Counted from the stretch's first letter, positions 49,756 to 59,608 are shown. The stretch is DNA of 59,608 nucleotides from Tolypothrix carrinoi HA7290-LM1 (GCA_019358935.1 JAHHIK010000045.1:1-59608); one strand, 5' to 3'. Translations and numbers: made by a program. Notes: generated by a model from the letters alone, not told the origin.

Positions 49756-51654
49756 CTACTGACGAATAGCTAGACCAGTTTTTTGGATTACTGGTAAATA
49801 GTGGTGAATTGCTTTGCGTGTTACTGCTAAATTGCAGGTTAAAGCAATTTGCTCTTTTTGTAGTAAACCTAAAATGCGCTCGTGGTTGTCTCGTGCTACC
49901 ACGGGTAACTGTCGCAAACCTCGAACAGACATGCGGTCTAAAGCCTCAGATAAAAGTTCATCCCAGTAAGCATAAACAATTTCTCTGGTACAAATTTCCA
50001 TGAGGCTTAGATTGGATATTTGCGCCTGCATTTCGCTCTGTGAATTTGGATATTCCGAAACAGAAAGAGCGCGGTTAATATTTTCTAAAGAAAGGATACC
50101 CACTAATCGCTCTTTTTCATCAACTACTAAAGCACTAGAAGCGCGATCGCGTGTCATTTCCAAAGCTGCCTCGAACACCTTCATGGTTGCCAGCAGCTTT
50201 TTTGGAGATGAAAGCATAGCATCTTCTACCAAAATTGAAGAGAGAATTTCTACTTTTTCATCTTTTAATTCCGCAAGACCGATTTGCTGTAATTTTGAGT
50301 TAGAGTTAAAAGTTGGCTTCATCCGCTCCACCAGCCAAAAACTCAAACCCACCGCCGCCATCAACGGTAAAACAATCCGATAGTCTCGCGTTAATTCAAA
50401 CAATAATAAAATTGATGTTAACGGCGCTCTGACACTTGCAGCCAAAATTGCTGCCATTCCCACCATCGCGTAAGCTGGGGGAGCTGCCATTTGTGCGGCG
50501 ATTCCCGGAATAAGCATTGCCAAAATTTTGGCGTAAGCGCTTCCAAAAGAAGCACCTAAAAACATTGCTGGGGCAAACACCCCACCAACCAAACCGCTAC
50601 CAGCACTAATTGCTGTCATCAGCAGCTTGACTATTAGCAGTACAACCAAAAGTGAAAGCGAAAATTTCACATCTTGAAGCATCGCTTCCACAGTTCCATA
50701 ACCGATACCCAAAATTTGCGGGAATTTTAAAGCTACAGTACCTACTATTGCACCGCCAATAATTGGATGAATTGGCTGCGGAATGCGTCCCAAAAATTCA
50801 AAACCGGAAATTTTACCCGCAAAACAGGCTTTTGCCAAACTAATTGACTGGGTATAAGTCAAAGAAACTAAACTTGCTCCCAAACCCAAGCCCAGATAAA
50901 GCGGTAATTCCAGCGGACTGATGACTTGATAAACAGGTAAATCAAAAGCGGGTTGTGTTCCCAAACCAATTTGAGCAATCAACGCAGCTACCACCGCTGC
51001 TAACAGCACCACACTGACGGCAGAAGACGCAAAAGATGTCGCACCTAGCACCACCTCTAAAGCAAAAAACACACCAGCGATCGGCGCATTGAAGCCCGCA
51101 GCCAAGCCAGCCGCAGCCCCAGCACCCAAAAGCAAACGCTGTCGCTCTTGAGATACTTGCATCACTTTAGACATCAACATCCCCAAATTTGCGCCAACTT
51201 CCACACTCGGTCCTTCGGGTCCGAGGGAAGCACCACTTCCTAAAGAAACAGAAGCCGCTAACATTTTGGTTACTGGTCGTAGTTGTCGCGTGACTTCTGT
51301 TCCTTGGGAGGCGATGAGAGTTGAAAGCCCAGGTCCAAAATCTTGAGTGCGCCAGCGCATCAAGCCGACAATTAAGCCGCCAAGGGTAGGGACACAGGCT
51401 AAAGTCCAAGCACCCCTATGAGCGATCGCGCCCATGAAATTTTCTAGCATTAAGCGGTGAATTAGCTCAATCAAATAGTGAAACGTGACGACACCCATAC
51501 CCGTGCCGCCACCAATTAGCACCGCTAAAAAGAGCACAACAGTTTCTGGAGATGGTTGAAAACGATTAACCAAGCGAGTTAAGCGCACGGAAAAAGTAGG
51601 AAAGGCAGGTTGTTCCGTTACCTTCCTAAGTTCAGCGGGAGGCAGGAGAGTCAT
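49756..51654 (-). CDS. ClC chloride channel/antiporter with CBS domains
   Basis: GPEGP, FNAPIAG, GGVFAP and a C-terminal CBS pair. Confidence 0.95.
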   Translation of the reverse strand: MTLLPPAELRKVTEQPAFPTFSVRLTRLVNRFQPSPETVVLFLAVLIGGGTGMGVVTFHYLIELIHRLMLENFMGAIAHRGAWTLACVPTLGGLIVGLMRWRTQDFGPGLSTLIASQGTEVTRQLRPVTKMLAASVSLGSGASLGPEGPSVEVGANLGMLMSKVMQVSQERQRLLLGAGAAAGLAAGFNAPIAGVFFALEVVLGATSFASSAVSVVLLAAVVAALIAQIGLGTQPAFDLPVYQVISPLELPLYLGLGLGASLVSLTYTQSISLAKACFAGKISGFEFLGRIPQPIHPIIGGAIVGTVALKFPQILGIGYGTVEAMLQDVKFSLSLLVVLLIVKLLMTAISAGSGLVGGVFAPAMFLGASFGSAYAKILAMLIPGIAAQMAAPPAYAMVGMAAILAASVRAPLTSILLLFELTRDYRIVLPLMAAVGLSFWLVERMKPTFNSNSKLQQIGLAELKDEKVEILSSILVEDAMLSSPKKLLATMKVFEAALEMTRDRASSALVVDEKERLVGILSLENINRALSVSEYPNSQSEMQAQISNLSLMEICTREIVYAYWDELLSEALDRMSVRGLRQLPVVARDNHERILGLLQKEQIALTCNLAVTRKAIHHYLPVIQKTGLAIRQ

Positions 51655-52263
51655 TGATAGGCGGGGTAAATGTAAGAAAAAAATTAAGTTTTTATGTGTT
51701 AATTCTTATTGTGAAGCATGATTTAGCATCTAGACAAGTAAAGAGTTTGTGTGTTAATTATTTAGTTTTTTTGCTTGCTTTACAAAGCTTTCGTAAAAAC
51801 TTGCCACTACTTCATACTTTTATAGGGATAATGGTTGAATGGGAGAGAATTAATGGTCAATAGTGAGCTAAGGGAATGCTTTTTTAGCGCAGACTCTATT
51901 CTCTGAGCGCGAAAATGTAGTACCTGTAAGCTCACAGACGCACACCCACAGCAAAAGCAACTAGGAGTCATAACTACGCCAAATGTAGCTACACTCGTGT
52001 TGCAAAAAGAAGTGTCGAGCGGCAACTGCTCAAAACTTCGGAACTTAAGTGATGCTTAGTAAGATAAGCATCCCGCTTGTCGTAGAAATACTAAATGTGT
52101 GATTCATGACTTATGTCAGCAAGTTCCCGTCTTGGCGCTTTGCGTCGATGGGAAACTTGCTGACCCGAAGGGTCAAACCACACTCAGTAATTTACGAGGG
52201 TGTTCGGAAATTGAATATAGTTATTGTTATAGAGCGAGTGAGTGGACTAAGCGGACAAGGTAG

Positions 52264-52635
52264 ATGAATACACACACCTTTGATAATCATTATGTTACTT
52301 GCCCAATTTGCCGGAGAAATGCAACGCCAAAGCCAGTTAAGACGTGCATTGGCTTATTTAGCTGTCCGTATTGCCAGGAACGCCTAGTAGTTTCTCAAAG
52401 CGGTCACTACGTCCGCGATCCGTTTATCTTGAGACAGATGATAATCTCATCATCGCTACGTCGTCAAAGCAGTCCTTTAGCTAGAATTATACGAGATTTT
52501 ATCGTCCTCAAGCGTCCTTTGCTAGCTTTAGCTGTAGTAAGTGCTATTCTTTTAGGGATGATTGGTGTCACTCAGCAAAAGACTTCCGAAATCCCTAGTC
52601 TTCCAGGAACGGAGAAGGTGGAGAATAGGGAATAG
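52264..52635 (+). CDS. Hypothetical Zn-ribbon membrane protein
   Basis: CPIC..CPYC, SGHYVRDPF and a C-terminal TM segment. Confidence 0.8.
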   Translation: MNTHTFDNHYVTCPICRRNATPKPVKTCIGLFSCPYCQERLVVSQSGHYVRDPFILRQMIISSSLRRQSSPLARIIRDFIVLKRPLLALAVVSAILLGMIGVTQQKTSEIPSLPGTEKVENRE

Positions 52636-52698
52636 GGCAATGGGCATGGGGCATGGGGCATGGGGCATAGGAAAAAGATTTGACTTTATTCTCACATT

Positions 52699-52909
52699 CA
52701 GTAGACCGAAAAGATTTCTAAAAGGCTTACCATGCGTTCATTTGACCGAGTTTATACAATCCGCCAGAATGCCCGTATCATCTGCTTTTTGAGCAATAGG
52801 GTTGTAGATCAGTTCTCCAGCCCAGGCAAGCGATCGCTCTGGTCAGTCACAGAAACGTCGCCTGAAACCCTTGTTCTTTCGTCAACTTACAAAAGTTTTC
52901 GGTCTACTG
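52699..52909. mobile_element. 211-bp MITE with 14-bp perfect TIR and 5-bp TSD
   Basis: CAGTAGACCGAAAA...TTTTCGGTCTACTG; ACATT at 52694-52698 and 52910-52914. Confidence 0.88.
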
Positions 52910-52962
52910 ACATTCCCATTGCCCATTGCCCATTGCCCATTGCCCATTGCCCATTGCCCAAT

Positions 52963-54576
52963 TCAATATGTGTCTTTTGTAATCAGTGTGAAACCTTCGG
53001 TTTCGTCAATTCGCTTCACTGATTCTAAATGGAGATTTTTCAGAGCAGATGCATCGAGTAAAAAGTAGGGTTGCTCGTTGTATTGCCAATAATATTTTAG
53101 TTCAGCATCAGAAGCGGGAATAATGTTGCGATCGCTATAAAAATTCAATGACGGGCGATTATACGGAAAAGATGTATAAATCTTTCTGACTGTGGGTTTT
53201 GCCCGCTGAATCATCACAGCGACTGGTTTAACAGGATAAGCTTCTTCTAATTCCCAAACCCAATAGTTTGATTTCATCAACAGCAGCAGCGAAATATAAC
53301 TTCCCCAAAACAAAATTTTCAGGAATTGTCCGTCACCTCGCTCTGCTAAAATAGCAGCTAAAGCCATAGTTACAGCTACAGCAGCAAAAATCATCTGTAA
53401 GTCAGATTTACCTGTTGTACCCCAACTGTAATAAATGCTGCCAGCAGAAGCCACTACAGCTAGTAATGAAAAACTAGCTATCCAAGCGCGGGGATAAGAT
53501 GACTGTAAAGATGGATTTTCTGTCTCTGCCAGCAGCGCACCAAAAGCTAAAGCTAAACTGGGGTAAATCGGAAAGACGTACCAGGGTAGTTTGGTTCCCA
53601 TGAGGGAAATCGCTAGCAGGTAAACAGCACTCCACACTAGTACGAGTTTTGCCCAGCTAAGATTGCGATTTTCCCAAGTTAAGCGTAACGCTTGCGGCAA
53701 AAACATCAGCCAGGGCCATGCGTACTTTAAAATTTCTAACAGATAATACCAGGGTGGTCCGGAATGATTCTCAACATTTGTGTTAATGCGGTTGAGGGAT
53801 TGACCCATAATACCAATGCGGGCGAAACTTTCACCATAATGTATCCACTGGGAACCAGACCAGAAAACTATCGGTATAGTGCCAATGATGATGGCTATCC
53901 ACATATACCAACTGGTGAGAAGTCGTGGGGTATCCCACAGAAGAAATAAAAATGCGATCGCTCCTAATAATATGCCTAACATACCTTTAGTTAGACAAAT
54001 TAAGCCAAAACCGATGCCGATACCCAGACAGTAACGCAAATCTCGACGCGATCGCAATACACACAACATCATCACCATAAAAAAGCAGATTACCGCACCA
54101 TCTAACATCGCCAAGCGTCCATGACGCACTACCGGCAACATCGTTAGATAAATCAAAGCACTGTAAATCGCTGCCCAACGTTGGCGAAATATCTCTCTAC
54201 CAATGCAATACAGCAAAGGTACAGAAATAGCTGTTAACATTGCTCCTGGTAAGCGCGTAGTCCACTCATTTACGCCCAACAACGAATAAGTCCAAGCAAT
54301 CAGCAAATGCATCAGCGGCGGTTTGTTGTGATATGGTTGACCTCCTAGCATCGGGTAAAGCCAACGCATTGAACCAGCCGGCGCACGGTAAATTTCACGG
54401 GCAACTTGTGCCACAGTACCTTCATCCCAATCTCGCAGTGGCAATTCCCCAAGATTTATGCTAAAGAGTAACACTGCTGCCAACAACAGCACTATCACCC
54501 ATCCCCAATCAATCCTTTTCTCAACCACGCGATATTGTTTTTCTAGACGACTCCAAGTAAAGCTTCCTTCTTGCAT
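52963..54576 (-). CDS. ArnT/PMT-like GT-C glycosyltransferase
   Basis: DWDEG, NKPPL, RLPGA, LTKG and KLPWY; polytopic membrane protein. Confidence 0.92.
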   Translation of the reverse strand: MQEGSFTWSRLEKQYRVVEKRIDWGWVIVLLLAAVLLFSINLGELPLRDWDEGTVAQVAREIYRAPAGSMRWLYPMLGGQPYHNKPPLMHLLIAWTYSLLGVNEWTTRLPGAMLTAISVPLLYCIGREIFRQRWAAIYSALIYLTMLPVVRHGRLAMLDGAVICFFMVMMLCVLRSRRDLRYCLGIGIGFGLICLTKGMLGILLGAIAFLFLLWDTPRLLTSWYMWIAIIIGTIPIVFWSGSQWIHYGESFARIGIMGQSLNRINTNVENHSGPPWYYLLEILKYAWPWLMFLPQALRLTWENRNLSWAKLVLVWSAVYLLAISLMGTKLPWYVFPIYPSLALAFGALLAETENPSLQSSYPRAWIASFSLLAVVASAGSIYYSWGTTGKSDLQMIFAAVAVTMALAAILAERGDGQFLKILFWGSYISLLLLMKSNYWVWELEEAYPVKPVAVMIQRAKPTVRKIYTSFPYNRPSLNFYSDRNIIPASDAELKYYWQYNEQPYFLLDASALKNLHLESVKRIDETEGFTLITKDTY

Positions 54577-54839
54577 AATCTAGGATAATCATTTGAAAAG
54601 CACACTTCGATTACACTCCAGACGTTTTGGAGTCTCCAATGTTGCCAACTACTTAACAACCACAGCCTTTATGAATAATTCCTAGATTTAAAATTAGCTC
54701 AAATTTGCGCGATCGGGAATAATCTTTTTTAAGAATTTCTTCTCATAATTTTTTTTAAATTATTTAACAAATATTTCCCAAAAAAACTGATACCCATAAT
54801 ACAATACACAATATTCTACCGAAGAAGGAGAGTCAATCA

Positions 54840-56561
54840 ATGAATCTACCTGTTATTTTCGATTTGGCGTTGGGTTTAGTATTTACTTACTTGATTTTAA
54901 GTTTATTAGCCTCAGAAATTCAGGAATTGATTGCCACTGTGTTGCAATGGCGAGCCGAACACCTAAAAAAATCAGTTGAAATCTTTTTAGCTGGTGATGC
55001 TGACAAATCAGAAGATGCTCATGTCATCCAACTAGCTAATAATATTTATTCTCATCCTTTAGTAAAAAATATTAACCAAGAAGCTAAAGGATTTCTTGTA
55101 ACTTTACCGCGCAGACTTACATGGGGAATAGGCTCATTATATCGTTCAATAAAAACAGCGCGACCCGGAGGTGATAAAGATGAAACTATTTTTGGAGAGA
55201 AAAAACGTACTGGTCCTTCTTACATTCCTTCAGACATATTTGCGACTACGTTAATGGAAACCTTGCAATTCCCAACGCTGATTCAGACATTAACTCAATC
55301 CAGGCTGGAAAAATTTAAGAATGCTCAATTAGCTAAAATAGAACAACTTTTAATCGAATTGCAACAACAGACAAATGATGATGAAACTTCTGCTTCATTT
55401 ATCAATACTATGTTTCAGCAATATGCAGAAACTCAAGCCGACTTTGAACAAATAAGTTGGAATTTTCAAAATCAAAAAGCTGATTTGAATACTAGTGTTA
55501 CTCGTTTGGGAGAAAGTCTGGATAGATATATAGAAACTTTTCAGACAAATATGCCGAAACAGGATTTATTTGACAAAGCATTGCGAAAAGTAAATTTTAT
55601 CAAAAAAAATATTTTTGAAGATATCGAAAAAGCAATTTTATCAGGAGGTTTAAGACCTAATCTCAATGAAGTTGTCGAATCTGTTGACAAAGATAGTGCT
55701 GTTCATAATGAAATTAAAGAAGCAGCAATTCAACAAGCAATTTCCTTAGGAGTGCTACAAAAACCTAATCTCAATGAAGCTGTCGAATCTATTAGGAGAG
55801 ATAATGCTATTTTTCAGGAAATTAAAGAAGCTGTAAAAGATAAAGAAAGCGCTACAAATCAAGGAATTAGAAATGTAGTTCAAAGTATAGATTTAATTGA
55901 AAAACTCCCGAAACCTGTTGTAGAAAATATTACTGTTTTAGGAAAACGTGCCCAGTCAAGGATTCAAACCACAGAAGAAGGTATTCATACATTACGAAAA
56001 GAAATTGAACGCACGTTTGATACTTCAATGGAACGAGCTTCTGGTGTTTACAAGCGTAATGCTAAAGGTGTAGCGATTATGCTCGGCTTAAGTCTTGCTA
56101 TTATCGCTAATGCGGATGCATTTCACATGATTAGTAGATTATCAAAAGATTCGGCTTTACGAGAAACAATTACTAATAATGCTGGGGAAATATTACTGAA
56201 AAATCAAAATAATCAGGCGATCGCCAATCCAGATTCTCAGCAAGACCAAGTTAATTATGCTTTAAATCAGTTGACAAGACAAGCTGATGGTGCTTTAGAA
56301 AACGTTGCTTTACCGATTGGTTGGTCTGATGTTAACTTAGACCAGCAGATTGCCTGGACACCTAAGAAAAATCAGAGTTTCCCTTTCTTGAGAATTTTAT
56401 ATATGATTCCTGGTTGGATTTTCAGTGGTATTGCTATTGCTATGGGTGCGCCTTTTTGGTTCGATTTACTTGGTAAATTTGTGAATGTGCGTAATGCGGG
56501 GAGACGACCTGCATCTTATTCTAGAAGTCAAGTTGAGAACGATGAAAATGGGGGAGGGTGA
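54840..56561 (+). CDS. Hypothetical membrane protein
   Basis: N-terminal TM, PSYIP motif, LPIGW and GW..SGIAIAMGAPFWFDLL; RBS GGAG. Confidence 0.88.
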   Translation: MNLPVIFDLALGLVFTYLILSLLASEIQELIATVLQWRAEHLKKSVEIFLAGDADKSEDAHVIQLANNIYSHPLVKNINQEAKGFLVTLPRRLTWGIGSLYRSIKTARPGGDKDETIFGEKKRTGPSYIPSDIFATTLMETLQFPTLIQTLTQSRLEKFKNAQLAKIEQLLIELQQQTNDDETSASFINTMFQQYAETQADFEQISWNFQNQKADLNTSVTRLGESLDRYIETFQTNMPKQDLFDKALRKVNFIKKNIFEDIEKAILSGGLRPNLNEVVESVDKDSAVHNEIKEAAIQQAISLGVLQKPNLNEAVESIRRDNAIFQEIKEAVKDKESATNQGIRNVVQSIDLIEKLPKPVVENITVLGKRAQSRIQTTEEGIHTLRKEIERTFDTSMERASGVYKRNAKGVAIMLGLSLAIIANADAFHMISRLSKDSALRETITNNAGEILLKNQNNQAIANPDSQQDQVNYALNQLTRQADGALENVALPIGWSDVNLDQQIAWTPKKNQSFPFLRILYMIPGWIFSGIAIAMGAPFWFDLLGKFVNVRNAGRRPASYSRSQVENDENGGG

Positions 56562-56747
56562 AATTTAATGGGAATAATATATATTATGTCCGGCAAATTA
56601 ACCTTAATTCCACCCTTGACCTCTCCCTGGTTTTGCTACGCAAAACCTGTCCCTCCCCTACTAGGGGAGGGAAGACTTTGTGACACCAGTCAAAGACACC
56701 TTCTAGAGGTTTGTTTATTAGGGGTAATTGAGGGGATATGATATAAG

Positions 56748-58019
56748 TTAAAAAATAAATATGATTTGCAGTTGCCAATTTTGATTTTCGCGAATAATCT
56801 CAATTTTGCGAATGAATTCTCGCAGGTAAAATCGTCGCTCTGCTTCTGATAAGTCTAACCAAAATTGGGGAATTGAAACAGCTTGAGCAACAGAACGCAA
56901 GTTCACCGGAGGGAGTGTTGCTAACTTTGCTTGGAGTGCAGAAATTTCTATACGGAGTTTGTATGCTCTTAATTTTGCGGTTTCTGCATCCAAAATTCCG
57001 GTTTCTACTAAGGTGGGTAGCTGTTCGAGTATTTGTTGTTGGCGATCGCTCTTTTCCCCTAAACTATTTTTAACGGCATCTAATTGAGGAAAATTCATCT
57101 TAGCTACTGCACTCGGTAAGTCACGACAAACCGCTTCAATTGTCTTTTCTAAAATTTCTGCGTAAGGAATAGCGCGACATTTTGGGCTTTTGGCGCAGCT
57201 AATTGGACGTAAATAAAGATACTCTTTATCTGAGTTACGCTGAGTAACACGGGTAACTGTCATATGTGATTGACACTCGCCACAGATAACCAAACCCGCT
57301 AGAGAACGCGGTGCGCTTGCAGTTCGAGATGGGAAACGGCTATTGCGGCGTAAAAGTCGATCAACTTGCGCTGCTTCCTCTTTAGTAATAATTGGCACAT
57401 GCGTATCAGAAATAATTTCCCCGTTCTGATAAGCCGTATCGCCGCGATATACTGGATTTGTCAGCCAGCGTCGCCCAGTGGTGACAGAGATTTTCTTAGC
57501 ATATTTTTTCGCCAGATAACGCACTGCTGCTCGCAAAGAACCGTAAAGTAGAAAGTTATCAAAGAAATCTTTGACTACTGGCGAAGTACTACGGTCAATA
57601 ATGTATTTTCCATTACCTCGGCGGTAGCCATAAGGTGCTTTACCTGGTGGTGGCGCAGCCTCCAAACGATTGCGGGCGTGTCCTTTGCGGATGCGATCGC
57701 TGCGTTGCTGGCGCTGAATTTCGTGTAACAATTTGAATAAGTCAGCGCGGAGATCGATTTCCGTGGCAATTATTGCTATCCCTAGCGCTTCGAGTTGGGT
57801 AAGGCGATCGCTCACTTCTTCTACAGTATCCCCCAATTCCGTCAACCGACGAATCAGGAGATAATTTGCTCTTTCGATTTGACAATCAGTGAGTAATTCT
57901 TGTAATTGCGATCGCTTACCTAAATCCTCATAAACTCGATCCACTTCCCATCCCCAACTATGAGGATCGGGTGAGGGTTCTAGTAGAGGGTCAGTGTAAG
58001 TGTAAGCGATAATTTTCAT
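56748..58019 (-). CDS. Recombinase-family protein (large serine recombinase architecture, catalytic motif degenerate)
   Basis: GKAPYGY, LTNPVYRG, HVPII and LAGLVICGEC; the N-terminus reads IIAYTYTD instead of YxRVST. Confidence 0.88.
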   Translation of the reverse strand: MKIIAYTYTDPLLEPSPDPHSWGWEVDRVYEDLGKRSQLQELLTDCQIERANYLLIRRLTELGDTVEEVSDRLTQLEALGIAIIATEIDLRADLFKLLHEIQRQQRSDRIRKGHARNRLEAAPPPGKAPYGYRRGNGKYIIDRSTSPVVKDFFDNFLLYGSLRAAVRYLAKKYAKKISVTTGRRWLTNPVYRGDTAYQNGEIISDTHVPIITKEEAAQVDRLLRRNSRFPSRTASAPRSLAGLVICGECQSHMTVTRVTQRNSDKEYLYLRPISCAKSPKCRAIPYAEILEKTIEAVCRDLPSAVAKMNFPQLDAVKNSLGEKSDRQQQILEQLPTLVETGILDAETAKLRAYKLRIEISALQAKLATLPPVNLRSVAQAVSIPQFWLDLSEAERRFYLREFIRKIEIIRENQNWQLQIIFIF

Positions 58020-58144
58020 GGAATTTGGAGTCAAAAGTTAGGAGTTAGGAAAAGCGGTAGAGACGTTCGGTGTGGAACGTCTGTACGAGAGTCACCCCTG
58101 TCCCCCTTGTCCCCCTTGTCCCCCTTGTCCCCCTTGTCCCCTCC

Positions 58145-58504
58145 TCACCCCTGACTCAACTCGACAATATTCCCATCTGGATCTTGGGTGAAAAGAGCGG
58201 GGCGACCGGATGCGCTGGGTTGAAAAAGGCAATTATGATCTAATAGCTGCTGTTTTGCTACGTCCAAGTCGGTGACAGAGAAAGCGATGTGAGGATTGCG
58301 TCCCCATTTTTCGTTTTGGTTGTCTGTAGGGACAGTGGGTGCGACTATTAGGTGAAGTTGATATTCGCCGATTTGATACCACGCACCAGGGAATTTTAGG
58401 GAGCGATCAACTTTGGGCAATCCTAATACTTTGCCATAAAAGTGTTCTGATTGTTCTAGGTTAGTAACGAGAATGGTTGTGTGCAGACTTTGTATGATTT
58501 GCAT
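58145..58504 (-). CDS. VOC/glyoxalase family protein
   Basis: LHTTILV, FYGKVLG, HIAF and DPDGNIVEL. Confidence 0.93.
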   Translation of the reverse strand: MQIIQSLHTTILVTNLEQSEHFYGKVLGLPKVDRSLKFPGAWYQIGEYQLHLIVAPTVPTDNQNEKWGRNPHIAFSVTDLDVAKQQLLDHNCLFQPSASGRPALFTQDPDGNIVELSQG

Positions 58505-58733
58505 TGTCGGTGATATGCGATCGCCTTTATTTAAGGTTAGTTGAATAAACCTCTCCCTCCCAACCTCCCTCTCCTACGAGGAGAGGGAGGAGAAGCAAGA
58601 CAAAAATAAAGCTTTTAAGCCTCTCCCCGCTTGCCTAACGGCAGGCTGACGCCAACGGAGAGAGGTTTGGAGAGAAGTTAAATTGTATCTATCGTTGCCT
58701 TTATTTAGATTGTGACAAGGAATGAGGATAAAT

Positions 58734-59100
58734 ATGGATGCTCAATTAACAAGTAACGAAATCAATCTTGCACGCGAGATTTTACACGATTACGACCCCG
58801 CACAGCACGCATTAAATAACTTAGAAAAGCACAATGGCAATTTAGAGCGCTATGAATGAGGATTTATGGACAGAAAAAAATGGTCCACCACCGACGATGA
58901 GGGGTAACAAATCAATGAAAGCAAGTAACGCTGAAAGCTTTGCGTAAAGAACTTTGCGGAGATGATGGTTTTCGTGGTCAACAAGTGCGAGTATACTAAA
59001 AATCCTCTCTAGTGCGCCTTTGCTGTCGGGGTTGATAGTTTCTAAGAGTGGGGATAGCAGGAGCGCATGGTTTACCGCTCGATCCGGCGATCGCTTTCCT
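58734..59100 (+). pseudogene. Frameshifted hypothetical protein
   Basis: RBS GAGGA then MDAQLTSNEINLAREILHDYDPA..., continuing across several frames (EDLWTEKNG, LRKELCGDDGFRGQ, APLLSGLIVS, AHGLPLDPAIA). Confidence 0.65.
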
Positions 59101-59119
59101 TCGATACAGATTTCCAAAG

Positions 59120-59483
59120 CAAAAGGTTGGACGTTTGCTGAGATCGGTGCAGGTTTGACACTTTTTCGCACCATCACACAGTCTACCGCAAGCGATCGCG
59201 TTAACTCTGGGTCATGCAATGCTACGAAAATGCAAAGCATGAAATTCAGGCGTTTTACCAACAATTTCAATTGATAGTTCCGACAAATCCCGCCGCAGTT
59301 GTCGATATTCACGCTCAAGCCTGATTCTGCCCAAAAACTTGCTGAAATAACCTTATGCCGTAGGTTTGCACACTCACAGCCGCTTCTTCAGCCTTGGTAA
59401 TGTCAGTGAAGGGAAAAGTTATCCAGTCTTCAAAATACCACTCTAGGAGCTTTTCTTCCTGCGGGGTGAAGGGGTCAGTAATT
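59120..59483 (-). pseudogene. Remnant of the N-terminal region of a CHAT-domain-type protein
   Basis: ITDPFTPQEEKLLEWYFEDW..YGIRLFQQVF, then after frameshifts IEIVGKTPEFHALH and ALHDPEL..LAVDCVMVRK; cut at the 5' side by an IS end. Confidence 0.6.
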
Positions 59484-59608
59484 TTGACATCCTCCCCGGT
59501 CTGAAGACACGGGGATTCCAAGAATCACTTCTTGGGTTTCCTCTTTCCGCGACTCGGCTTATTTAAAGGAGTTTCCCCACCCAAACAGAGGTCGATGTCT
59601 CCAGAGGC
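59484..59608 (-). mobile_element. tnpB: Right end of an IS200/IS605-family (TnpB) element, including the tnpB 3' end and presumptive reRNA/omegaRNA region
   Basis: Minus strand ...ASGDIDLCLGGETPLNKPSRGKRKPKK* (stop 59525-59527), then hairpin CCCCGTGTCTTCAGACCGGGG and terminal TCAA. Confidence 0.85.

Noticed and set aside
56584..58700. Prophage or integrative element anchored on the recombinase gene
   Set aside because: No catalytic Ser, att repeats, phage genes or compositional shift; the neighbours are ordinary chromosomal genes.
58842..59521. ORFs 58842-59318 and 59315-59521 as intact genes
   Set aside because: They are chimeric frames across pseudogene remnants and the IS end.

Overview
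Chromosomal window from a filamentous cyanobacterium, probably heterocyst-forming (Nostocales-like). This rests on frequent HIP1 sites (GCGATCGC), 7-nt STRR tandem repeats in many intergenic gaps, the ado-aar-accA-SDR-folE cluster and two psaK genes. Most of the window is core genes (recN, trpF, moaE, clpS, pyrR, cbiB, ClC channel, cyAbrB), plus a four-gene two-component cluster with a DXCF-type cyanobacteriochrome GAF and a cobalamin riboswitch. The most unusual material is intergenic or accessory: (1) a 1.1-kb IS5/IS702-like unit with 3-bp target duplication that carries an atypical acyl carrier protein gene; (2) two unrelated 10 x 21-nt tandem arrays with two-state variation; (3) a 29-bp motif present twice in inverted orientation 3.2 kb apart, one copy interrupted by a 42-bp hairpin; (4) a diverged, coding-constrained duplicate of the ABC1 kinase 3' end; (5) a split P-loop ATPase + degenerate-NTPase/TPR gene pair; (6) apparent pseudo-enzymes (Ser-to-Asn rhomboid, serine recombinase lacking the catalytic motif); (7) a 5'-truncated trpB2 at the left edge and a TnpB right end inside a decayed gene at the right edge. 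No rRNA, tRNA or CRISPR array was seen. Family assignments come from motif recognition by eye; no database searches were run.
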